Part shown: piece by piece, positions 19,752-28,699 of the stretch
How the letters are laid out: each line of letters starts with the position of its first letter
Position numbering within the stretch: the stretch's first letter is position 1
From: Vicinamibacteria bacterium
Lineage (GTDB): Bacteria; Acidobacteriota; Vicinamibacteria; Marinacidobacterales; Marinacidobacteraceae
Length of the DNA: 64,000 bases
Assembly: GCA_963668695.2 (NCBI GenBank)
Contig: CAXXLQ010000004.1
Coordinates: 1,952,001 to 2,016,000 of the forward strand
Reading direction: 5' to 3'
Notes under the pieces: generated by a model
Database searches by the model: none
What the model saw: the letters and a program-made list of their open reading frames with translations, nothing else
Told to the model about the DNA's origin: nothing
Made by a program: the position numbers and the translations under genes

Positions 19752-20624
19752 ATGCCAGACGACGGAGTGAGGACGGAAGATATTGAGGAGGACGACGAGT
19801 GGGGAGGGGAACCCGACGAGGAGGCGCCGTCCGAAGCTGACCAGGCGGATTCCGCGTCGAGCGGGAAGCGGCGTGCCACGATTCTGGCAGCCATCGTGGC
19901 CCTTCTGATCGCGGCCGGAGCCGGTTATTGGTATTTCATTTATGGCCCGGGCAAGCCACCCGAGCCTCCGCCGCCCGTCGTGGAGGCGGAACCCGAACCC
20001 GTTGTCGAAGAGGAGCCGGAGCCGGAACTTCCTGCTCTCGACGCGAGCGATCCGTTCCTCCGGTCGCTGTTCGCGGCGATTACCGGGAACCCCGACGTCC
20101 TTGCGTGGCTGCTTGGCGACGATCTGGCGCGGCGCATTGCCGTGGCCACCGACAATGTCGCCGACGGGATTTCGCCGCGCCGGGCGCTCGCCGGGTTGTC
20201 TCCGGCGGATCCGTTTCGGGTTGTGGGTGAAGCAGAGGAACTCCACGTCCACCCGGCCGCGTTCGCCCGCTACGACTCGGTCGCGACCGCGCTCGAGGGC
20301 GCCGACAGTCCCGGGATGGCCCGGGTGATCCGCGAAGCACTGCCGATTCTGGATGCCGCCTACGCCGAGTTGGGCCGTCCCGACCGGACGTTCGTCGAGG
20401 CGCTGCTCGCGGCGCTTGACCGGCTCGCGGCCGTTCCAGTGCCCGAAACGCCCGTGCTGCTGGACGAACAGATCATGCGCTACGAATACCGCGACCCGGC
20501 GTTCGAGGAGCTTGACGACGCGAGCAAACACCTGCTCCGGTTTGGCCCCGACAACCAGGCCAAGGTCCAGGAAGCGGCCCGTGGCCTCGCCGAGCGGCTC
20601 CGAGCGGGCGGGGCGCCCTTTTAG
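19752..20624 (+). CDS. DUF3014-like membrane-anchored protein
   Basis: TM helix, Pro/Glu linker, then LPALDASD, ARYD, AYAELG, YEYRDP and KHLLRFGPDN motifs; start set at ATG behind GGAGG. Confidence 0.8.
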   Translation: MPDDGVRTEDIEEDDEWGGEPDEEAPSEADQADSASSGKRRATILAAIVALLIAAGAGYWYFIYGPGKPPEPPPPVVEAEPEPVVEEEPEPELPALDASDPFLRSLFAAITGNPDVLAWLLGDDLARRIAVATDNVADGISPRRALAGLSPADPFRVVGEAEELHVHPAAFARYDSVATALEGADSPGMARVIREALPILDAAYAELGRPDRTFVEALLAALDRLAAVPVPETPVLLDEQIMRYEYRDPAFEELDDASKHLLRFGPDNQAKVQEAARGLAERLRAGGAPF

Positions 20625-20721
20625 CACCCCGTGGAAAAAGCACCCCGCACGATTCCCCAAGGCAGTACGCGCTCCGATTCCGGCGATTTGTGCGCGTGCG
20701 GGGCGCTTTCCCCACGGGCAA

Positions 20722-21064
20722 GCAGCCTGTAGACAAAGTCACGTGGCATTCCCGAGCCAGAAGGGATGGGGGTCGAGTGGCCCCGTCCCCCGTCCCTTCC
20801 GCTCCGGGGTCTCCGCGGTGCTGGCGCCCCGCTCCGGAAGCGAGCGGCGATGCATCCCGGCTGGCCCCCACCGGGAGAACTGGCCGCCCCGCTTCGCGTG
20901 GCTCATCGTTGCGCTTCGGTCGAAATACACTCGGGCCAGTTCTCCCGGTGGGGGCTCCTCCCTCGCGCGCCTTGTCAGCCGGGCCCCCACCGGGAGGACT
21001 GGCCCCACCGGGAGAACTGGGCCTCAACGCTCTCGGTGCTCACGCGACTTTGTCCACAGGCTGC
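20722..21064 (-). mobile_element. MITE-like element, long subfamily A2, inverted
   Basis: Reverse-complement match to 18170-18467; ends GCAGCCTGTAGAC...TCCACAGGCTGC. Confidence 0.8.
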
Positions 21065-21219
21065 TCATCGAGCGAATCGCTCCGCGATCCGCACCATCGT
21101 CTTTCGCGGGGAGGGAAAACCCCTCCCCCGAGGCGCTGCGCGCCCCGAATGGAGCGCGCCAGAGTTTGGCCACCGCCTGCTAACCAGAGCGCGCCGTTCA
21201 TCGGTTCCAGTCTTATCCC

Positions 21220-21489
21220 GTGCCGGCCGTTCATTTCACGCCGAACCTTCGGCGGCACCTCGTCGTAGAGAGCGCCAGAGTCGAGGGTCAAACCGTGTCC
21301 GAAGCGCTTACCCGCGTGTTTCGCGATAACCCCGGCCTTCGTTCCTACGTGCTCGACGATCAGGGGCGTCTTCGCACCCATGTGGTCATCTATGTGGACG
21401 GGCGTCCCGTCCGAGACCGGAATGCGCTCGCCGATGCGGTCGGAGAGAACGCGGAGATCCACGTCATGCAGGCCCTGTCGGGCGGGTAA
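21220..21489 (+). CDS. MoaD/ThiS-family ubiquitin-like protein
   Basis: 89 aa beta-grasp pattern (LRSYVLDDQGRLRTHV) ending in QALSGG. Confidence 0.9.
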   Translation: MPAVHFTPNLRRHLVVESARVEGQTVSEALTRVFRDNPGLRSYVLDDQGRLRTHVVIYVDGRPVRDRNALADAVGENAEIHVMQALSGG

Positions 21490-21502
21490 TCCGGGGTTCG
21501 AC

Positions 21503-22579
21503 TTGCTCCTGCACTTGGGCACCCGCAAGGGATACCTCGCCCTCCGCCGTTTCGGGAGGGATGACTGGCGCGTCGAACGCACCGCCTTCATCGGAGATCC
21601 GGTGTCCCAGTTGTTGCCCGACCCCCGCGACGGGCGACTCTACGCGGCGCTCAACCTCGGGCACTTCGGCGTCAAGGTCCGCGTTTCGGAGGACGGCGGC
21701 GCTTCGTTCAGCGAACTTCCGGCCCCCGCGTACCGGAAAGACAAAGCTGAGTCCGAGAAGGCGCCGTCGGTAGACCTCCTCTGGTGCCTCGAACCCGCCG
21801 GGCCCGACGCCGGCTCGCTCTGGTGCGGCACGATTCCCGGTGGCCTCTTTCGGTCCGACGACGGAGGCCGTTCCTGGGCTCTGAACGAGGCGCTGTGGAA
21901 CCAACCGAGCCGCGAGCGGTGGTTCGGCGGCGGATACCCGCACCCCGGGATTCATTCCGTTCTGGTCGCCCCCGACGGCCGGCGGGTGGTCGCCGGCATT
22001 TCCTGCGGCGGCGTCTGGATCAGCGAGGACGGCGGGAAATCCTGGAGGTTCGGCACCGAGGGGATGTTTGCGGACTACATGCCTCCCGAATTGCGGGAGG
22101 ATCCGGCCATTCAGGATCCTCACCGGCTTGCCTGGTGCGACGCAGATCGACGTCGGATCTGGTGCCAGCACCACAACGGCTTCTTCCGCTCCGACGACGG
22201 GGGAGCGACCTGGACCAGCCTGGAGGTGCCGCCGTCGTCCTTCGGCTTCGCGGTCGCCGCGCACCCGGGCGACCCGCAGATGGCCTGGAGCGTTCCCCTG
22301 GTCAAGGACGAGTGCCGCGTCCCGGTGGACCGCCGGATGGTGGTGGCCCGCACCCGAGACGGCGGAGAGAGCTGGGAGCCGGTCGGCCGCGGCCTTCCCG
22401 AGCGGGACTCCTTCGCAGTGGTGTATCGCCACGGTCTCGACGTCCATCCCACCGAAGCGGTTCTCGCCATGGCCACCACCACGGGCGCGCTGTGGATCTC
22501 CGAGGATCTCGGCGACTCCTGGGATCTCGTGACCGCCGAACTCGCTCCTGTTTACTGCGTTCGTTTTGGTGTCGAATAG
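21503..22579 (+). CDS. BNR/Asp-box beta-propeller (sialidase/YCF48-like) protein
   Basis: GTRKG start; repeated SxDGGxSW Asp boxes; QDPH, CQHHNG and FGFAVAAHP motifs; no signal peptide. Confidence 0.85.
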   Translation: MLLHLGTRKGYLALRRFGRDDWRVERTAFIGDPVSQLLPDPRDGRLYAALNLGHFGVKVRVSEDGGASFSELPAPAYRKDKAESEKAPSVDLLWCLEPAGPDAGSLWCGTIPGGLFRSDDGGRSWALNEALWNQPSRERWFGGGYPHPGIHSVLVAPDGRRVVAGISCGGVWISEDGGKSWRFGTEGMFADYMPPELREDPAIQDPHRLAWCDADRRRIWCQHHNGFFRSDDGGATWTSLEVPPSSFGFAVAAHPGDPQMAWSVPLVKDECRVPVDRRMVVARTRDGGESWEPVGRGLPERDSFAVVYRHGLDVHPTEAVLAMATTTGALWISEDLGDSWDLVTAELAPVYCVRFGVE

Positions 22580-22657
22580 CCGGTATCCGGAAGGCGCCGG
22601 CCCGGGAGTGGCGAGAGCCGTCCGCAAGCGAATACACTCCGCGAATTCTGTCCCCTC

Positions 22658-24229
22658 GTGGCTCCAGCGGGTGGGGTGAACCCCTTGAACGATTTCCTGA
22701 AGACCCCCTTCCACGACCTGGTCCGGCGCCTGGATCTGAGGCTGCGGATTCTCGGACTGGTCCGGGAGTTTGCGTTCGTCGCCGGGGCGGTAGCTCTGGC
22801 GCTGTTCCTCCCCAGGCTGGTCGGCGACGGAATCCCCTGGCTGCCGGTGCTGGTGGCGGCGGTGGGAGTTGCCGCCCTGCTCTACCGCGGGCTTTCCGGG
22901 TTCCGGGCCGGTGCGGCGCTTGATCGTGCCGCTGCCGCGGGAGACCGGGCCGGAGGGCTGCACGACGAGCTCGCTTCCGCGCAGTGGTTTTCCGCCGCGC
23001 CGTCGCCGACGGCTTGGGAAGTCCACCAGATCGGCCGCGCCTGCACGCGAGCCGACGAGCTCGACGCGGCGGATCTGCTGCCCTTCCGGATTCCCCGGGC
23101 GAGCATTTGGGCCACCGCCGCGCTGGCCGCCCTCGCGGTGATCCTCCCGTTCACGGAGGGGCCACTGGTTTCGGAAGCGCTGCGGGCGCGGCTCGCGGCC
23201 GGCCTCGCCGGCAGCCTTGGCGGCGATCCGGAAGCGGGAGATCCGCTTGGCGGACCGGAGGTTTTCGAGGACACCGCGGACGCTCGCGTGGACGCCCGTT
23301 CGCCGGAGGAGATCCTGGCGGAGCTCCGCGCCGGCGAGTTGCGGCTCCCCGAGGAGTCTGCCCAGGATGTGGATGCCCTCAAGGCGGCGTTGACCGCCGC
23401 GATGGAGGAACGATCCCTCCAGGAGACGAGTGAAGAGGTCTCCGCGGCGCTTGCCGGGCTGGCCGAAGCCATGGATTCGGACTCGCTCACCGCTGCCGAA
23501 TGGCTCGAGGGCCTCTCCGAGGCGATGCGCTCCGCCAGTACGCCGGAAGAACTCCAGGCGCTGCTCGAATCGCTCGAACAGGGCGCCGAGGGAGACGCCC
23601 TCAGCGCCGCTGCGGCGGAAATGATGGAGCTCATGGAGGGTGGGTTGAGCGCCGACGAGGCTCTCCAGCAGCTCGCCGAAAACATGCAGGCGATGGATGG
23701 CCAAGCGATGAATGGTCAGGGCCAGGGAGAGGCGCAGCAGATGCCGTTCCCCGGCGATGGTGAGGGGGGACAGCCCCAGGCCGGTGAGGGCGGCGAGCCC
23801 GCCGCCGGAATGCCGCAGGGTGCGGCCGGACTCTCCGGGCAGGTTCAGATGATGGCCGCCGAGGGCCAGATGGGAGCGCCGATCCCGATGGATGCCGGCC
23901 CGGCAGGGAACATGACCGGACCAGGCGGGGGAGGCGAGTCCGAGGTATTCGGCGCCGCTACCAGCCTCGAGGTACAGCTCGAAATGGAAGCCATCCCGCC
24001 TTCCCTCGACGAAGAACCGGTGCCCGAGCAGATCATCGAGCGGCAGAGCCGCCGCGAGGACGCGACCGTCGCCTACGACTCCGTCAACACCCTTTCCGAG
24101 TACGCCGATGAGACAGTTTCCCGCACCCGCCCTATCCCTACGGGGCTCAGGCCGCTGGTTCGCGCCTACTTCCTCATGATCCGCGAGACGGCCAAGGCCG
24201 ATGCCCCCGAAGGAGCGCAAGAAGAATGA
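22658..24229 (+). CDS. Membrane-anchored acidic helical protein of the MoxR operon
   Basis: N-terminal TM helices, long E/A/Q-rich helical region, Gly-rich linker and IPTGLRPLVRAYF C-terminus; ATGA overlap with MoxR. Confidence 0.7.
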   Translation: MAPAGGVNPLNDFLKTPFHDLVRRLDLRLRILGLVREFAFVAGAVALALFLPRLVGDGIPWLPVLVAAVGVAALLYRGLSGFRAGAALDRAAAAGDRAGGLHDELASAQWFSAAPSPTAWEVHQIGRACTRADELDAADLLPFRIPRASIWATAALAALAVILPFTEGPLVSEALRARLAAGLAGSLGGDPEAGDPLGGPEVFEDTADARVDARSPEEILAELRAGELRLPEESAQDVDALKAALTAAMEERSLQETSEEVSAALAGLAEAMDSDSLTAAEWLEGLSEAMRSASTPEELQALLESLEQGAEGDALSAAAAEMMELMEGGLSADEALQQLAENMQAMDGQAMNGQGQGEAQQMPFPGDGEGGQPQAGEGGEPAAGMPQGAAGLSGQVQMMAAEGQMGAPIPMDAGPAGNMTGPGGGGESEVFGAATSLEVQLEMEAIPPSLDEEPVPEQIIERQSRREDATVAYDSVNTLSEYADETVSRTRPIPTGLRPLVRAYFLMIRETAKADAPEGAQEE

Positions 24230-25248
24230 CCCCGGAAACCGCGCTGGCCGACCCGGCTGCCGACATCGAAAGCCGGGTCCAGACGTTTCGCGATCGCCAT
24301 GACCGCATTCAGGCCGAGGTCGGCCGCGTCATCGTCGGCAATCGGGAAGTAATCAGCGGGATCATCACCTGTCTGCTCACTCGCGGACACGTGCTGCTCG
24401 AGGGTATCCCGGGGCTCGGGAAGACCAAGATCGTGCAGACCCTCTCCGAGGCGATGCACCTCAAGTTCAACCGCGTGCAGTTCACGCCGGACCTCATGCC
24501 CGGCGACATCACGGGCACGAACGTGATCCGGGAGACGGAAACCGGCGCCAAGGTCCTCGACTTCCAGCGGGGGCCGATCTTCTGCCACCTGATGCTGGCG
24601 GACGAGGTCAACCGGGCTACCCCGAAGTCCCAGTCGGCGCTTCTCGAGGCCATGCAGGAAAAGAGCGTCTCCGTCGGCAACACGACCTTCAAGCTCGAAG
24701 AGCCGTTCTTCGTGATGGCCACTCAGAACCCCATCGAGCTCGAAGGCACCTATCCGCTTCCCGAGGCCCAGATGGACCGCTTCCTGATGAAGCTCCGGAT
24801 CGGGTATCCCGACCACGATGAACTTCGCGAGATCGTGGCACGGACGACCTCGGTCGAGGAGCCGAAGGCCCGGCCGATCGTGACCCGGGAAGAGGTTCTG
24901 GAGATGCGGGACACCGTGTTGTCGGTTCCCATCGCCCGGCCGATCCAGGACTACGCCATCCGGCTGACCATGGGGACCCACCCCGGGTCGAAGTTCGCCC
25001 ACGCGCTCACGAACCGCTACGTGAAGTTCGGGGCCAGCCCGCGGGGAACCCAGGCGCTCGTGCTGTCCGGGAAATTCCGGGCGCTCCTCGCCGGCCGGGT
25101 ACACGTTTCGGCGGAGGACGTCCGGGACAGCGTCCTGCCCACGCTACGGCACCGGCTGCTCCTCAACTTCGAGGGAGAGGCCGACAAGGTGGACACCGAC
25201 GACATCCTGCGGGAAGTCATCGCCTCGATCGCGCTCCCCGGCGCCTGA
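24226..25248 (+). CDS. moxR: MoxR family AAA+ ATPase
   Basis: HVLLEGIPGLGKT, RVQFTPDLMPGD, LADEVNRATPKSQSALLEAM and ATQNPIELEGTYPLPEAQMDRF motifs. Confidence 0.95.
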   Translation: MTPETALADPAADIESRVQTFRDRHDRIQAEVGRVIVGNREVISGIITCLLTRGHVLLEGIPGLGKTKIVQTLSEAMHLKFNRVQFTPDLMPGDITGTNVIRETETGAKVLDFQRGPIFCHLMLADEVNRATPKSQSALLEAMQEKSVSVGNTTFKLEEPFFVMATQNPIELEGTYPLPEAQMDRFLMKLRIGYPDHDELREIVARTTSVEEPKARPIVTREEVLEMRDTVLSVPIARPIQDYAIRLTMGTHPGSKFAHALTNRYVKFGASPRGTQALVLSGKFRALLAGRVHVSAEDVRDSVLPTLRHRLLLNFEGEADKVDTDDILREVIASIALPGA

Positions 25249-25352
25249 CGCCCCCCCTGCCGAACGGGTGATGCCGCTCCGCACGCGCGACCCCGCGAGG
25301 GCGTGCCCCCGCTTCGGGCCGAGCCGGGGGCCGGGACGCAACGGTTGACGGC

Positions 25353-26240
25353 ATGAGCCAATCGGACACGCTCTTCGACGCCGATTTCATGGAGCGGCTC
25401 GAGTACCTGAAGCTCATGGCCACCCGGATGCTGCCGAGCCGGCATCGCGGCGCACATCGGGCCAGGAAGCGCGGTTCGGGCATTGAGTTCGCCGACTACC
25501 GGCCCTACGTGGACGGCGATGACACGCGCGACGTTGACTGGAAGGCCTTCCTCCGTCTCGACAAGCTGGTAATCCGCATCCTCGAGGAGGAGGCGGACCT
25601 GCCCGTTTACCTGTTCGTGGACCGGAGCGCCTCCATGGCGTTCGGCGACCCCCCGAAGTTCGACTTCGCCCGCAGGATGGCCGGCGCCCTGTCCTACATC
25701 GGCCTCATGAACCACGATCTGATCTCGATCGTCTGGTACGGACCGAAGATCGAGGGGTGGATGGCCCCGAAGCGGGGGCGGAACCAGATCTTCCGCGCGT
25801 TCCGGTTTCTCGACGCGGGCGACACCGGTGGCGCCACTTCGCTTTCGGCGTGTTTCCGGGCCTTTTTCGGCTCCCGCCGCAAGCGCGGCCTCGCCGTGAT
25901 CCTCTCGGACCTCATGGACGAGGAGGATCTGCTGGGGGCGTTTGACGCGTGCCGCTACCAGAAGCACGACATGTTCGTCGTGCAGTTGCTCACTCCGGAA
26001 GAGCTCGAACCGTCGCTTCCCGATGAGGCTCTGCTCACCGACAGCGAAGATGGTTCCGAGCGCCGTGTCCGGGTCACGCCGAGGCTGCTGGACCGCTACC
26101 AGCAGGCGCTCGCCGAACATCAGCAGAAGATCGAGGAGTACTGCTCCCGCTACGGGTTCGGGTTCTGCGTTGCGGACACTGGCAAGCCCTTCGAAGACGC
26201 CGTCATGTCGATCTTCAAGACGGACCGATTCATCCGGTAA
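25353..26240 (+). CDS. DUF58 domain protein
   Basis: GSGIEFADYRPYVDGDDTRDVDWK, VDRSASM and VILSD motifs. Confidence 0.92.
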   Translation: MSQSDTLFDADFMERLEYLKLMATRMLPSRHRGAHRARKRGSGIEFADYRPYVDGDDTRDVDWKAFLRLDKLVIRILEEEADLPVYLFVDRSASMAFGDPPKFDFARRMAGALSYIGLMNHDLISIVWYGPKIEGWMAPKRGRNQIFRAFRFLDAGDTGGATSLSACFRAFFGSRRKRGLAVILSDLMDEEDLLGAFDACRYQKHDMFVVQLLTPEELEPSLPDEALLTDSEDGSERRVRVTPRLLDRYQQALAEHQQKIEEYCSRYGFGFCVADTGKPFEDAVMSIFKTDRFIR

Positions 26241-26260
26241 ATCTGGTACCTCTGGACTCC

Positions 26261-28198
26261 ATGGGCTTTGCCGCCGCCCCGCTGCTGATCGCTCTCGGCG
26301 TTCTGCTGACCGCCGGGATCATCGTCGTCCTCTATTGGGTCCGGCCGGAGCCTCAGCCGGTGGTGGTCCCGTCGAATCTCATTTGGCGGCGCGTCCTTGA
26401 TGAACGCCGGCGCCGCGAGGATTTCTGGCGCTGGCTCATTTCGTTGGTGATTGCCTTGCTGGCGGGGCTTGCGGTGATCATGGCCATGGCCCAGCCGATC
26501 CCCGAGAGCGGCGTGCGGGGCGGCCGGGTGGTGGTGGTCATGGACACCTCACCGAGCATGGCGGCCGCGCTCTCCGGAGGAGGCACTCGCTGGGATCAGG
26601 CGTCCGAGCAGGTGCGGCGCATCCTCACCGGCAGCAGCGAAACGAGCGAGTTCCTGCTGCTGGACACTGCCGGAGACCGCGGCGGACGCTCTTTCACCGG
26701 ACGGCGCGAGGCCCTCGAGGCCCTCGAAGATCTGGGCCCGGTGCACGGCCGGGAACACCGCTTCCCCGATGTCGCTGATCTGCTCGAGTCCGCTTCGGGC
26801 ACGGCCCCCGCCGCTGACGTCATCTTCGTCGGGGACGGGGTGTACGTGCCCGAGGCGCCCGACGGCGTCGAGCGCATCTCCGTGTTCGAGGCGGCGCCGA
26901 ACGCCGGGATTACCGCTTTCGACGTCCGCCCGCTACCGTCCGATCCGGGTCGCTTCGAGGCGTTCATCGAGGTCGTCCGCCATCCCGCCGCGGAGGACGA
27001 CGGCGGTGTCGTGGCGCTTCAAGTTGATGGTGCGGGAGGCGCCTCGCTACGCCGGACCCTCCGGGTCGATGCCGGGACGCCGCTCGGCGAGACGGTGCCG
27101 CTGACCGGGTTCGTCGCGGGACCGGTCCGCGCCGTGATCGCGATTTCGGGAGACGACGCCTTGCCCGCCGACGACGTGGCGCACGCCTACATTCCGGCGC
27201 GCAACCGGCTGCGGGTTCTGCTCGTCGGGGGGCCGAATCCGTTCTGGGAGGCGGCTCTGCGTCTCGATCCCCGGGTGAGCCTTTCCGTGGCGCCCCCGGG
27301 TTCGGAAGCGCTCGCCGATCTCGATTTCGCCTCGGTGGATCTCGTGGTGATTGAAGGGGCGCCTCCGGAGGCGATGCCTCCGGTCCCCGTGCTCGTCGCC
27401 GCCTCGGGGAACGCCGAATGGCTCCCGCCCCGATTGGGAAACGAAACGGGAAACGAAACGGGAAACGAAACGGGAAACGAAACGGGAAACGAAACGGGAA
27501 ACGAAACGGGAAACGAATCGGGAAATGAGGAGGCGAACCTCGAAGGAGAGACCGCGACCGTAATGCTCCCGGTCGTGCGCGGGCAGACGGAACACCCGCT
27601 GCTCCGGGATCTCAACTTCGAGGATGCGCTCGCGAGAGATGTGGAGGCGTTCGATGCGGCCTTCTTCGGCGGTCAGAGTTCCTGGGAACTCCTGCTCGGC
27701 GATTCGCGGCTCGGCCTGCTGGCGGCCCGGGAAAGTCCCCTGCGCGGGCTCGCCTTCGCTTTCCCGATTGCCCGGTCCAACCTGCCGCTCCAGGCTGACT
27801 TCCCGCTGCTGCTCTCCCGCGCCCTGAGCTGGTTGACCGACGTGGAAGTGCGCCGGGTCGGGCTCGGACAGGCCCGGGTCGCGATGGCGGCGGGAGCCAT
27901 TTTCGATTCCGAAGGCCGGGAAGTGGCGTCGCGCCGTCTGGGCTCCGAGATTTCCTTCGACGCCAGCGAACCGTCGCTCTACTACGCCGCCGGCGGCGGA
28001 CGGGAAGTCGTGGTTGCGGCGAGTCTTCTCGACCGGAGGGCTTCGAATCTGAACCAGTCGGCCTGGGCCGAGGAGCCGCCGGCCACCCTGGCGCCGGCGG
28101 CGACCGCGGCGAGTGCGATCTGGCCGATACTTGCGCTCTTCGCTCTCCTGCTGATCGCCGCCGAATGGATCGCCTTCCACCGACACGCCACCGTCTGA
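26261..28198 (+). CDS. BatA-like N-terminus + vWA domain membrane protein
   Basis: N-terminal TMs with VPSNLIW, MIDAS DTSPSM, FVGDG, SNLPLQADFPLL and C-terminal TM ending AEW. Confidence 0.85.
   Translation: MGFAAAPLLIALGVLLTAGIIVVLYWVRPEPQPVVVPSNLIWRRVLDERRRREDFWRWLISLVIALLAGLAVIMAMAQPIPESGVRGGRVVVVMDTSPSMAAALSGGGTRWDQASEQVRRILTGSSETSEFLLLDTAGDRGGRSFTGRREALEALEDLGPVHGREHRFPDVADLLESASGTAPAADVIFVGDGVYVPEAPDGVERISVFEAAPNAGITAFDVRPLPSDPGRFEAFIEVVRHPAAEDDGGVVALQVDGAGGASLRRTLRVDAGTPLGETVPLTGFVAGPVRAVIAISGDDALPADDVAHAYIPARNRLRVLLVGGPNPFWEAALRLDPRVSLSVAPPGSEALADLDFASVDLVVIEGAPPEAMPPVPVLVAASGNAEWLPPRLGNETGNETGNETGNETGNETGNETGNESGNEEANLEGETATVMLPVVRGQTEHPLLRDLNFEDALARDVEAFDAAFFGGQSSWELLLGDSRLGLLAARESPLRGLAFAFPIARSNLPLQADFPLLLSRALSWLTDVEVRRVGLGQARVAMAAGAIFDSEGREVASRRLGSEISFDASEPSLYYAAGGGREVVVAASLLDRRASNLNQSAWAEEPPATLAPAATAASAIWPILALFALLLIAAEWIAFHRHATV
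27437..27532 (+). repeat. In-frame 12-bp tandem repeat encoding GNET
   Basis: GGAAACGAAACG x6 plus two degenerate units (GNES, GNEE). Confidence 0.95.
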
Positions 28199-28275
28199 GC
28201 GTTTGGGGCGGGGGCTCACAACACCTGCGAACGGTCTGGCGGTGAAGGGCAGCGAACCGGGCGCCCCCGCCCCTA

Positions 28276-28528
28276 GCAGCCTGTGGTGGAACCCGGGTGA
28301 GCGCCGAGAGCGGGGAGGCCCAGTTCTCCCGGTGGGGCCAGTCCTCCCGGTGGGGGCCCGGCTGACAAGGCGCGTGAGGGAGGAATACCCAGTGTATTTC
28401 GACCGAAACGCAACGCAGAGCGCCGCAAAGCGCCAGTTCTCCCGGTGGGGGGGCGGTTCAGGCGGGATGCATCGCCGCTCGAGCCCCCACCGGGAGAACT
28501 GGGCCGCCTGGGTTTCACCACAGGCTGC
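28276..28528 (+). mobile_element. MITE-like element (family A), 253 bp
   Basis: TA|GCAGCCTGTGG...CCACAGGCTGC|TA; near-identical to 30088-30340. Confidence 0.88.
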
Positions 28529-28699
28529 TAACGCTGGCGCTGGGCGCCGCGGCCGGGCTCCGGCCTTGCCGGACCCGTCCACCGGGGCCTTCTTCGAAAG
28601 GGGGGACACCCCCCTTTCGAGTATTCCCCCCCGCCGCTTCGCGGCGTCCGCCCTGGTTGGCGGCCCGCGGACCTGGTTCGAGAGCCGGGATCTATCCGC

